A stretch of DNA of 64,000 nucleotides from Mobula hypostoma. Lineage: Eukaryota. The DNA is taken from contig NC_086110.1 in the NCBI RefSeq assembly GCF_963921235.1, positions 13,640,001-13,704,000 on the forward strand, written 5' to 3'. The position numbers and the translations under genes are program-made. The notes beneath the pieces are model-generated. The model was not told the DNA's origin, did no database searches, and was given only the letters and a program-made list of their open reading frames with translations. Shown here piece after piece: positions 23,461 to 35,450 of the stretch; the first letter of the stretch is position 1; every line of letters starts with the position of its first letter.

Positions 23461-25982
23461 ATTCAAAAAACTAGGTAATGATCAATAACTGGAAGATTAT
23501 GAGGCTAGCAGGAAGGAGTTTAGGAATCAAATTAGGAGAGGCAGAAGGGGCCATGAGAAGGCCTTGGCAAGCAGGGTTAAAGAAAATCCCAAGGCATTCT
23601 ACAAGTATGTGAAGAGCAAGAGGATAAGACGTCAGAGAATAGAACTAAACAAGTGTGATAATGGAAAAGTGTGTATGGAACTGGAGGAGAAAGCAAAGGT
23701 AGTTAATGAATACTTTGCTTCGGAAAAGTATTATGACGATTGTGGGGATGACTTCAGCGGATTGAAAGGCTTGAGCATATAGACATTAAGAAAAAGGATA
23801 TGCTGGAGTTTTTGGAAAGTATCAAGTCTCCGGAACTGGACGAGATGCACTCCAGAATACTGTGGGAGGCGAGGGAAGAGATTGATGAGCTCTGGCAATG
23901 ACCTTTGGATCATCAGTTGGGACGGGAGAGGGTCCAGAGGATTGGAGGGTTGTAGATGTTGTTCCATTATTCAAGAAAGGGAGTAGACTAGTCAATCTTT
24001 CTTCTGTGGTTGGTAAATTGATGGAAAAGATTCTGAGAAGCAGGATTTATGAGACATCTGGAGAGGCATAATATGATTAGCAAAAGTCTACATGGCTTTC
24101 TCAAAGGCATGTCGAAACTTACGAGCCTGGTTTAATTTTTTTGGAGGATGTGACTAAATACGTTGATGAAGGCAGAGTAGTAGATGTAGCGTACATGGAT
24201 TTCAGCAATGCATTTTATAAGGTATCCCATGCGAGGCTTATTGAGAAAGTGAGGAGGCATGGGATCCAAGGGACCTTGCTTTGCCGAAGCAGAACTGGCT
24301 TGCCCACAGAAGGCAGAGTAGTTGCAGACTGGTCATACTCTGCATGGAGGCCCGTGACCACTGGTGTGCCTCAGGGATCTGTTCTGCGACCCCGTCTCTT
24401 CGTAATTTTTATAAATCACCTGGATGAGGAAGTGGAGGGACGGGTTAAAAAAATTGTTGATGATACAAAGGTCGGGGGTGTTGTGGATAGTGTGGAGGGC
24501 TATCAGAGGTTACAGCAGGACATCGATATGGTAAAAAAAATTGGGCTGAGAACTTCCAGATAGAGTTCAAAACAGATAAGTCTGAGGAGATTCATTTTGG
24601 AAGGTCAAATATGATGGCAGAATAAAGTATCAATGTCAGGCTCTTGGCAGTGTGGGGGATCAGTGCAATCCTCGGGTGCGAGTCTATTGGACACTCAAAC
24701 ATGCTCCGCAGGTTGACTCTGTTCATAAGAAGGCGTACGGTGCATTGACCGTCATAAACCATGGAATTGAGTTTAAGAGCCGAAAGGTAATGTTACAACT
24801 TTATTGAACCCTTGTCAGACCCCACTTGGAGTACTGTGCTCTGTTCTGGTCATCTCACTAGAGGAAGGATGTGGAAACTATAGAAAGCGTGCAGAGGAGA
24901 TTTTAAAAAAGGTTGCCTAGATTGGGGAGCATGCCTTATGAGAATAGGTTGAGTAAACTCGTCCTTTTCTCCTTAGAGCGGCGGAGAATGAGAGGTGACC
25001 TGATAGAGGTGTATAAGATGATGAGAGGGATTGATCGTGTGGATAGTCAGAGGCTTTTTCCTAGGCCTAAAATGGCTCGAGAGGGCACAGTTTTAAGTGT
25101 CTGGACGTAGGTACAGAGGAGATGTCAGCGTTTTTTTTACGTGTAACGCTCAGTTATATTGTCTCGTATATGTCTAGCGGAAATCCCACCAGGCACCTGC
25201 CTGAACGCTTCCCACTGAGTCGGTTGCTGCACCAATAACGCCCGAATCAATCCCAAACATCAATCATCAGCCAGCACACACAGTACGTTTTACCCAGTAC
25301 ATTGTATACATATCACTAGGTCTATGAAATTAGTATAAATTCCATACAGAAAAGGAAGTAATGGGGGAAAAAAGGCGCCAGTCTTATCAAAGTCTAAGTT
25401 CTTCGTGCACAACAGTTGGAGCTCAATAAATTCCTGACGACCACCCTGATCCTGTCGACTCATGGCTTGGGACCACCCGGAGTGATCGACCGGAGCCTTT
25501 CGCACCGTCTGCTGTCCTCTCCGTCTCTCCTCTGACTCCCCGCCAAAAACCCCGTTCCCAGTCATATGAGACAGCATTATCACCTGAAAAAAACGATAAC
25601 ATGAATACCCATCGGCTAATAGCACCCTGCTATCTGTATTCACCCAAGAAAATGTCTAGCTAGAGATTTTCTCAGCATTTAACATAACAAAGAAGCATTC
25701 CCAAGTATAACATAACAAAGAAGCCATTTTAAATTTAACACAAAAAAAACCCATACATACGCAGTGAGTGGAGCGGTGAGTGCTTGGAATGCGGTGTCGG
25801 CGACAGTGGTGGAGGGGGATACCATAGAGTCTTTTAAGAGACTCCTGCATAGGTACATGGAGCTTCGAAAAATAGAGGGCTATTGGTAACCCCAGGAAAT
25901 TTCTAAAGTACATGTTCGGCACAGCATTGTAGGCCCAAGAACCTGTATTGTGCTGTAGGTTTTCTATGTTTCCATGTTTCTA
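23461..25982 (+). mobile_element. CR1 LINE fragment (RT to 3' tail) interrupted by a solo LTR
   Basis: ORF 24141-24563 (YMDFSNAF, GVPQGSVL, IVDDTKVGG); (tttctatg)-type tail at 25960-25982. Confidence 0.95.
25142..25757 (-). mobile_element. Solo LTR
   Basis: TG...CA termini and 4-bp TSD TACG (25138-25141 / 25758-25761) inside CR1. Confidence 0.85.
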
Positions 25983-25984
25983 TT

Positions 25985-27180
25985 ACAGTCACAAAACATG
26001 GGGTCAAGCAGCATATTTCCACAAATCGCCCTCCAGCCCACGCCTGCGTGTGTAGACTGGATCCTTTAAAGCTGGCTGGCAACCGCGAAGGCTGAGTTTG
26101 ACAAAATGGAAAGAGTTGGCTTTGTACGCCGGTCGAATGGCCCTTGGGCCTTGCCTCTCTATATGTCCCCACGTCCGATAGTGGTTGCCGCCCATGTGGC
26201 GATTACGGACACCTTCATGAGGTGACCACCGCAGATCGTTATCCGGTCCCACGCACGCATGACTTTTCGGCACATTTAGCCGAAAGTAATTTTTTTTTGC
26301 CGAAGATGTCTTAGTTCGAGGCTACCATCAGGTACTTGTGTGCTCTGAGGATATTCCCAAAACGGCTGTGTTAATCAAATTTGGACTCAGAGTTCCTGCG
26401 CATGCCGTTTGGGCTGAAAAATGCAGCACAGATTTTCCAGCTGTTGTCGGGCATTGCATTAAAAGACGCAAACTCTATTTTTGTTTACCTGGATGACTTG
26501 CCAGTGCATCCAAATCCGAATATACATCTCATCTCCGCACACGCTCTGAGCATTTTTGCCAACAAGGGATTGATTATTAACCGTAATAAATGTCAGTTTG
26601 GGTTGTCAACTATGACGTTTCTCGCTATCGCATCTCCGCAGAAGGTACGAAACCCACCCCCCACCCCATCGAAAGTAGCCTCTATTATGGTTTCCTACCG
26701 CCCTGTAGTATTAGAAAGCACATTCGGTGTTCGGTGTGGTGAATTTCTGTCACCGCCTTATTCTGTGAGCTGCTGAACTGAAGCTTCCCCTGTAAAGGCA
26801 ACACCCCTAATCATGTGCTTAACTGGTCAGCGGACGTGGCTGGGCATTTAACAACACCAAACACGCCATTCCATGCGCTCCTTATGGTGCACCCGCTCCG
26901 CAGCGCACCTATAACCATTACTGCTGATGCTTCAGACTCTGCTGTGTGCGATGTGGACGAACAGTTGGTCGGAGGAATGTGGCAATCGCTCGCCTTCTTT
27001 AGCCGGCAGCCCCGTCGCCCCGAAAGGAAGTGCAACATGTTTGACCGTGAGTCTTCCGGTCTCTATCTGATTGTCTGCCACTTTCGTTTTCTTCCGCAAC
27101 GTCGCCATTTCGCAGCATTCTTTGACCACGAACCCCTCGTGCACGCGATGCCGAAAATATCATCCAACGTGTTGCCTCGC
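25985..27180 (+). mobile_element. Degenerate Ty3/Gypsy pol fragment (RT-RNase H)
   Basis: KAEFDKME, PCGDY, DRYPVP, MPFGLKNAAQIFQ, VYLDD, TADASDSAV, MFDRE motifs across frames. Confidence 0.9.
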
Positions 27181-27629
27181 ATACGGCGGACTTTTTTTGT
27201 GGAGTGATGTGTAGAATTACTCGAAAGTAAAATAGTTTCCGTTTTTGCGCTATGCTTACACTGTCATGTTTCAAATCAAGTACATTTGTCTTTATTATTC
27301 CGTCTCCTATCTTCAAATGATTTCCCCGTATGAAACAATTGGTTACTACAGTGATTTAACAAAACAAAAGTAATTATTGAAGACCCACCTCCAATTGCAT
27401 AAGGGCCAAGCATTTGAGTCTTAAAGAGGAGGCTGAACAATTTATACAGTATTCATTCCGAAGCGCGAATACATAAAACTTGTTGTCTTGCTTCTGAGAG
27501 TATCACCGTTCCGGAAGCTGGGTTGCATCCAATTCGATTCACATCATCTAAGAGTACATATGACCGCGTGGACAGATGTATCGAGTCCTTTCTGTAAAAC
27601 TATAACGTCGCACTCCAGAAACAACTCCG

Positions 27630-28015
27630 CCTTTAAAGTCCAAAGTTCCAATTTAATGTCGGAGAAATATATACAATCTACATCCTGAAATGCTTTTTCT
27701 TCGCAAACATCCACGAACGCAGAGAACTGCCCCAAAGAATGAAGGACAGTTAAACGTGAGAATCTGAAAGTCCCCCACCCCAGTTCCCCGTCCCCCGCGT
27801 AAAGGACAATGAGCAGCGATCACCCCCCCCCCCACACACCTCGCACCCCAGCAAAAAAAAGCTCACCCGCTACCATGCGCAAGTCTGAGCTCGGCATAGC
27901 AAAGTCACAGACCTTGCAGTTGCCCCAAAGACTATCGCATTTCATCCGGCATTGGAGAAAGCACAGGTTCACTCTCTCCCTAGTAAAGGAGGGGGAGGTG
28001 TCCCCTATTTTCACG
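27630..28015 (-). mobile_element. Unclassified non-autonomous repeat (same family as 41085-41850)
   Basis: Shared atttaatgtcggagaaat...acatcctgaaatgctttttcttcgcaa...gcagttRccccaaagacta. Confidence 0.75.
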
Positions 28016-28169
28016 TTACTTCAGTACTTTTACAGTAATTACATGATCATTGCTATGCCCAGATATATCCATTACAAAACAAAACTTTTCCCACAAGCCA
28101 TGGACTCACTTTCAAGGACTGCTCATCTTATGTTCTCGATAATTATTTCTTATTATTATTATTATTATT

Positions 28170-28866
28170 CTAGTTGTTGTATTTTTTTCTGAGCTCAAGC
28201 TGGTAAAACTTGACCTACTGGCATAACTAAGCAGACCGTTTTTCAACTGCTAGGAACTTTCGGACTATTCTAGTGGCTTTCTGAAGAATTACGGAATCTG
28301 AAGATTTACATTAATATTGCTATGTAGGCCTAATGGTTTAATGCTATTTTGTAGTGACTTTGGGATGACACCTGCTGTGGATATTGCTATTTGGACAATG
28401 TATCTCAATCCATAGACTTTTCATTTCCTGTCTTAATCCAGCATTATTTCTGGTGTTAAATTCTTTATGCTCTGTGTGTGTTCCGAATGGCTATATCTGT
28501 TCATTAAGTTGTTCTTACTGGTTTATTCCAGGCAGTTATTATTGATTGTTCTGTCTGTAATAACATATTAGTCGGAATGTAATTTGTGGAATTCTGACTC
28601 TAAAACTGGATTGGGCTTGTATTTATCGTAAGGTACCGTGGCTTTTATGAGTTTGTATTTTAAATCGAGAGTTTGGGGAATGGTGTTTGCAACTGGATTG
28701 TGCTTGTGAAAGTAATCAGATTGATTTAAACTGCGGCAAGATTATGTAATGTGTTGGATATTTCTGGTTTCTCTTGGCATTTATCGTCATCAATGTGTCA
28801 GTATTTTCGACATTTTTTTGTATTAAACATCTACTTCATTGCTATAAGAAATCTATCTGTTCCCAA
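28170..28866 (-). mobile_element. R4/Dong-clade non-LTR retrotransposon, 5'-truncated (REL endonuclease end)
   Basis: Minus strand reads HNPVANTIPQTLDLKYKLIKATVPYDKYKPNPVLESE...ITDRTINNN...ISTAGVIPKSLQNSIKPLGLHSNINVNLQ; flanked by (TAA)n on both sides. Confidence 0.8.
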
Positions 28867-28867
28867 C

Positions 28868-28904
<37 letters not shown>

Positions 28905-28918
28905 GTTATTATTGTTAT
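28868..28918. repeat. (TAT)n microsatellite
   Basis: Direct reading. Confidence 0.95.
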
Positions 28919-28925
28919 AATTAGT

Positions 28926-29735
28926 CAGTGTTGGCTCGTGGCCAAGCGGTTAAGGCGTTGGTCTAGTGATTTGAAGGTTGGCTGAGTCAGTGGGTGTGTC
29001 CTTGAGCAAGGCACTTAAGACTGATTTATAACTCTGCGTCAAAAAGATGCCGTAGGTGGCGTAACCGCGAACCTTACGCAGATCCTACGCGAATCCCTAC
29101 GCCGTAGCCTGACGCAATCTCCCAAAAAGTAACTACGCCTCGCGGCAACGCAGACCGCAACAACTGTGATTGGTCCGCTTAGTAGCATCGCATTTCCTCC
29201 TACGCTGCAATAACTTCCCATTGGGCGACTGAAGGGCAGGGAAGGAACTCTGGCTGCAATGTTTTCCAGAAAGCTTTACAGATCTCCAAAATGATGAAGG
29301 ACACATTTCGCTTTTACGAAATAAGATGCTTGCTTTAAACTTGTTTACCCCAAGAAAGACTACCATGACCATGAAGCCTTGCACGGCAGGTGTGTGCGCA
29401 TACGCGACGTGCCCGAATTACAGAGCTACGCAGACACACCAACGCACAAGTATTAATACTGTCAACGCCCGTATGTTACTTTCGTAGGTTACGACTTCCA
29501 TTTGATGCAGAAGTATAAATCAGCCATTAAGCACACATTGCTCTGCGACGACACCGGTCCCAAGCTGTATAGGTCCTATGGCCCTTCTCTTGGACAACAT
29601 TGGTGTCGTGGAGTGGAGAGGATTGCAGCATGGGCACCTGCTGGTCTTCCATACAACCTTGCCCAGGCCTGGGCCCTGGAAACCGTCCAAGGCGCAAATT
29701 CATCGTCTCATGAGACTGATGGATGCCTATATATA
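28926..29735 (+). mobile_element. tRNA-derived SINE split by a MITE
   Basis: A-box-like tggccaagcggttaaggcg; body resumes after the MITE (gcacacattgctctgcgacgacacc); tail catcgtctcatgagactgatggatgcctat. Confidence 0.75.
29018..29526. mobile_element. PIF/Harbinger-type MITE (509 bp)
   Basis: Imperfect TIRs AGACTGATTTATAACTCTGCGTCAAA / TTTGATGCAGAAGTATAAATCAGCCA; 3-bp TSD TTA. Confidence 0.8.
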
Positions 29736-29739
29736 TCAT

Positions 29740-31600
29740 TAGTCAAACGCCTGCTCCGGCAGCAGGAGGTTGAGTTTGGAAAGCCTCTTGAACGGTGAGT
29801 CATTCAGCCGCATCGACTTGGAGAACAGGTGAGGAACTGGGGCATCGGTTTCGGGGAGAAGACATCCTCTGTGTAACAATAACCACGCCCCTCCCCTAAT
29901 CCCGGTCCTGAAAAAAAGAATCCAGATATCATCTGTATCCAGATTCAGCAATGCTCTGGTCAGCGTCTGTTCTCCATGTTCGGTGCGGCTGAAAATAAAA
30001 TGTGTCTGTAGATTTAAAAAAAAGCTAACCTCTTTCATTTTAGAAACGGAAAAATGTCTACGGAACAGAGTGATACGGCTGATGACTGGCGATCACCAGG
30101 GCATAACAGTAAGCGAGCCGCTAGAGGCGCAGTAGAGAATAGGCGGACAGGTACCGGGAAACCGCAGAGAAACACTGCCAGTACTTAAAGTAACCCATCG
30201 GCACCACAGGCTGCGACTGCTGCAAGCGTTGCTCAGGGGAGCAGTCCAATTTCAACTGAGAATACCCAAGGCGCTCCCACATAAGTCATTTCCCTTTTCC
30301 CCCATCATCCTTACATCCAGGTTCGCTCCAAACGTCTATTAATAGCCCCTATTGTACTTGCTGCTAGCACCTAACCAGGAAGGGCATTCCAGGCACCCAC
30401 GACGCTCTGAGTAAAAAGTTTACCTCTCACATCCCCTTTGAACCAACCTCCTCCCACCTTCAATTTCATTTCACGTTCCAAACTTGGGCAACAGATACTC
30501 TCTATACCCTACATATGTCTCTGATATTTTTTGTGAATCTCTATCAGGTCTCCCCTTAGCCTCCGACGCCCCAAAGGAAATTACCCAAATATATCCAGCC
30601 CCTAGTGATAGTATAAACGTTTCACCTTGTATTTTCGTTATTCTTTTGGAGAGATAATAGGGAGCTGTGTTGGACTTAGTCCGATTGAAAAATTAACGCT
30701 ACTGTTGGAAACCATTGGCAGAAGTGACAGGAATCTCTCAGGACGCTCGGCTGCATCGGCTGAGAAAGAAATCGTGCTAAGACTTCAAGTTGATAGATTT
30801 TCACTCCGGCATGAACCGCAATGTTTCGTATTTTCCCCTCTTTGGGGAAGGTTCCTGACCGGTCAATGCTTCCTCATGTTTTTTGCTTCATTTCTGGATA
30901 CAATCATCTACAATGCTATTTTCCATTAATTACCCTACTTTCCATTAAGAATCTAACTTGATTTGCGATAAACCCATGGAGGCATGAGGCTCCTTCCGCT
31001 TCCATTCGTCTTTAAATGCATCGTGGAAATATTCTGGAAATATTCGTCTTTAAATGCATCGTGGAAATATTCTTGACATTGTCTAATCACGGCAGTTTTC
31101 CACTTGTTCCTTACACCATTAGCACTGCATTTAATATAAGATGGATGAGTACAGCACAGGAATAGGACCTTCGGCAAAGCTGCCTGTCGCGAACACAATG
31201 TCAAATGAAACTAAATCTTTGCGAGCTAATTGCTCTATATCTCATAATTCACTGCATGTTCGTGTGCCCATTCAAAAGTATCTTCTGATTTCACCTTCTT
31301 CATGTATAAGGAATTTTGTTCCAATCCTGCCAGTGAAGCACGTCTCGTTCCCTGCCCTCCTGCATTTTATGCGAATTGATTTTATTTAACAATCTTGTAC
31401 CGTGTTGTTGCGAGTCCGCAGGAAGAAAAATTATACCGTTTAAGTGAAAGGGCAGGAATTTCCACTCATTCTGAAATGTATTTTCCAACTCGTTTCAGAC
31501 TGGAACACGTGAAAGTCACCAAATGACAATCTAGTTCTCACTGACCTGATGCGGATATTATTTCATGTAATCTATGAATTCTCATATGACTTGCACCATC
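29740..31600. repeat. Old segmental duplication, copy B (paralog ~16380-18410)
   Basis: e.g. cattcgtctttaaatgcatcgtggaaatatt, gaaatcgtg, atgtatttt(t)ccaactcgt and cggatattatttcatgtaa shared with copy A. Confidence 0.8.
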
Positions 31601-33190
31601 TAGAAATTACAAGGCTGCCAGTAAGGAGCTTAAGGATAGAATTAGGAGAGCTAGAAAGAGCCATGAGAAGGCCTTTGCGAGCAGCATTAAGGAAAGCCCC
31701 AAGGCATTGTACAAGCATGTGAAGAGCAGGAGGTAGAGCCATGGAGAATGGGACCAATAAAGTGAGAGTGGAAACATGTGCATGGAACTGGAGGAGCTAG
31801 CAGAAGTACTTATTTTGCTTCAAAATTCACCAGTGAAAAGGATCTTGGCAATTGGAGGGATGACTTACAGCGGACTGAAACGTTCAGTGTATCGACATTA
31901 AGAAGCAGGATGTGCTAGAGCTTTTGCAAGGTATTACCACAGAAACGGTAGAAATACTGGAAGATTGGAAGGTTGAAAGTGTTGTTCACTTCTACGACAA
32001 AGGGAACAGAGATAACCCGGAAAGTTATAGACCAGTGAATCCGACTTCGGGGGTGGGCCAATTGTTGGAGAATTTACTGAGGGGCAGGATTTGTGAGGAT
32101 TTGGAGAAACACAATCTCATTAGGGATAGTCAACGTGGCTTTGTCAAGGGAAGATCATGCCCTACGAACCTTATTAAATTCTTTGACGATGTAACATTGA
32201 TGAATGTAGAATTGAATTGAATGTTTAAATACATGCTCATCTCAGTCCAAAGGTGCAATGCGCAAACTATAACAATTTATGATAAATGGTATGTACAACA
32301 GGATAGTCGATATAAGATAGAAATGCAGTTGCGTCAGCATAAGGTAAGCAGTTTGATGATCTGGTGGAAGAATCTGTCCTGGAGCCTGTTGGTCCTGGCT
32401 TTTATGTTGTGGTACCGTTTCCCAGATCGTAGCAGCTGGAAGAGTTTCTGCCAAAAGCTTTCTTTACGACCCTATCTACCTGTGACGCCATTTTCAGCAA
32501 ATTAGGCAGCTGTATTCCCAGATCCTTTTGTTCTACCACCCTCCTCAATGCCCTGCTATTCACGGTCTAAGACCCACACTGGTTGGTCCCGCCAAAATGG
32601 AACATCTCGTACTTGTCTGCATTAAATTCCAACTGCCATTTTCAGCCAATTTTTTTCCTGCTGATCCAGATCCATCTGAAGCCAGGAAAGCCTTACTCAC
32701 TGTATAGTACATGCATCATCCTGGTGTAATCCGCAAATTTGCTGATCTACTTATTCACATTATTTTCCAGATCGATAACATTGATGACAGACAGGAAAGG
32801 ACCCTGCACAGATCCGTGCGGCATGCCACTAGTCCTCCGACCAGAGAAGCATCCATATAATTTTTATATGTTAAATGTTTTTTTTTTGCTTCTCCCACAA
32901 AGTCTATGGCCAATCAAATTTACTACATCACTTTGAATACCAAGAGACTGAATCTTGTTGACCAACCTTCAAAGTGGGCCTTGTCAAATGTCTACTAAAG
33001 TCGTTGTTGGCAACATGCACTGTCTTCTCTTCAACCACTTTCCTGGCTCAGAAAACTCTATAAGATTGGTTAGATATGATCTATCATGCACGAAGCCATG
33101 CAGGCTCTCCTTCATCAGTCCATGTCTATCCAAATACTTCTACTGTGTATCCAATCACTTAGAATAGCTTCCAATACTTTCGCACTACTG
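31600..33190. mobile_element. CR1 fragments (plus 31600-32200; minus 32460-33190) around a Rex1-type 3' end (minus, ~32200-32447)
   Basis: ORF 31912-32220 (YRPVNPTSGVGQLLE, QRGFVKGRSC); (attga)n tail and rev-comp Rex1 terminus. Confidence 0.8.
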
Positions 33191-34110
33191 CTGTCAAGCT
33201 CGTTGTTGTTCAGTCGTTAAGTCGAGTCAGACTCTTCGTGACCTGACAGAATCCTGCACACTAAGTCTTCTTGTTGGAAACTGTCTCTCTAAGTTCCCCC
33301 GAACATCGTACGCATTTGCTGAGTATTATTATCTATCCATTATAGCCTCTGCTGCCCTCTCCTTCTCTTACCCTCTGTTTTACCTCCATGACAGTGTTCT
33401 CCAAGGAATGCTGTGTTCTCCTGATGTGGCGTAAATATTTCAACTTTTGTCTCATAATGAAGCGTCGAAATGAGCAGGCTGGCTGTATCTCTTCAAGTAT
33501 TTTCTTGTTGGATCTTCTTGCTGTCCAACGAACTCTTTACACTTTCCTCCAGCAGCCAAGTCAAAGGCATAGATTATTTTGTATTCAGCCTTACTAATTG
33601 TCCAGCTCTCACAGCCATTCAGCACAACTGGAAATACCATAGACTTGACCATACGGATCTTCGTAGACAATGTTATATTTCTGTTCTTCAGGATTTTAAC
33701 TAAATTTGCCATTGCTTCCCTCTTGAGAAGTAGGCGCTGTTTAATTTCATGGCTGCAGTTACCATCAATAGAAATCTCTGAACGTAGGAAAACAAAATCC
33801 ATCACTGTTTACATTTGCTTGCCATTTATTAATAAGGCTAATAAACATAATGTTGGCTTTCTTCATATTGAGCGAAAGCCAGCCTTTGCACTTGTTGCTT
33901 TCACTTTGCTAGAAGCTTCCTCAGATCCTCTTACATTCAACCATTGGAGTAGTATCATCTGCATATCTGAGTTGTTCATATTTCGTCCGTCAATTTTGAT
34001 TTCAACATTTGAGTTCTCCAGATCAGCATCCCTCATGATGTGTTCAGCATGTAGATTAAATAATTAGGGTGACAGTCTGCACCTTTATCGTACTCATCCG
34101 AATCCTGAAC

Positions 34111-34745
34111 CTTTTTTTTTAGATTGTGAAGACACGCAGTCCTCTTTTATTGTCATTTAGTAATGCATGCATCAAGAAATGATACAATATTTCCTCCGGT
34201 GTGATATCACAAAATACAGGACAGACCAAGACTGAAAAAAAACTAACAAAACCACATAATTATAACATATAGTTACAACAGTGAAACAATACCATAAATT
34301 GATGAAGTCCATGAGCACAATAAAAGTTCAAAGTCTCTCAAATGTCCAATATCTCACGCAGACAGGAGAAGGAAGAAAAATTCTCCCTGTCATACTCGAC
34401 CACGATCCGACTCTGAATCATCCGAAGACTTCGAGCTCTGATCAGCTTTCCGACACCGATTACTGAGCGCCATCTCTATCCGAACGATTCGACCTCCATC
34501 TCGGTCGCCAACAGCAGGCAAAGCGGGGATTTTGAGGCCTACTCTCCGAAAGATTCCTGACCGCGCAGTAACGACAGTAGCGAACGAGCGTTTCAGAATT
34601 TTTTTCCAGATGTTCGTCTGTGCTTTCACGTCCATCATCATCAAATCAGAATTGTCCACGGCCCATATTTAACGGATACGATATGATTCTTCACCGCAGT
34701 GCTGCGCACGCGCGGTGCGCTGCTTCTCTCTTCTCCCGCCATTTT
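34111..34745 (-). mobile_element. Non-autonomous SINE-like insertion within BovB
   Basis: Poly-T tail at 34112-34120; BovB homology resumes at ~34748. Confidence 0.6.
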
Positions 34746-35224
34746 TGTTCCGTGTTCGGTCCTAATTATTTATTCTTGAACTTAGTTTCTCACAAGGCAG
34801 ATCAGATGTCCATGTGGCCCCAGTTCTTTAAAGATTTACTATAGTTCATTATGGTCGACACTGTCGAAGGGTTTATAGTAGTGAATAAAACATAGATAAA
34901 TACTTTCTTGGAGTTCCCTCGATTTCTCTATTTTCCAGTGTAGATTAGTAATTTTGTGTGTGGTGCCCCGCCTCTTCTAAAACCAGCTTCTAAATCTGGC
35001 AGTTCTCGTTCCATATATTGCTGGAGTCTTGCTTGCATGACCTTCAGAATTACCTTGCTAGCATGTGAAATTAATGTAACTGTCAGGTAATAGGAACATT
35101 CCTTTACATTTACCTTTTTGGGAAATAGGATATGAACTGATCTTTTCCAGTCTAAAGGCCATTATTGGGTTTTCCAGGTCTGCTGGAAAATTGCATGCAA
35201 CACTTTTACACAGCATCGCCTTTT

Positions 35225-35450
35225 GAAGTAGTGAATTTAAAAACGCAAACACGAGAAAATCTGCAGATGCTGGAAATTCAAGCAATACACACACAATGCT
35301 GGTGGAACGCAGAAGCCAGGAAGCATCTATAAGAATAAGTACAGTCGACGTTTCGGGCCGACGGTCTCGGTCCGAAACGTCGACTATACTTCTTCCTATA
35401 GATGCTGCCAGGCCTGCGGCGTTCCACCAGCATTTTGTGTGTGTTGCTTG
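35225..35450. mobile_element. Inverted pair of Penelope terminal repeats within BovB
   Basis: ~80-bp arms 35279-35361 / 35368-35450; 10-bp TSD ATCGCCTTTT / ATCACCTTTT. Confidence 0.8.

Noticed and set aside
28926-29017. tRNA gene
   Set aside because: B-box region is degenerate and the sequence continues into a SINE body; no cloverleaf
17791-31204. Paralogous ORFs 17791-17994 and 30953-31204 as a small conserved protein
   Set aside because: Differences fall mostly at codon positions 1-2, and the N-terminus derives from a CR1 3' tail
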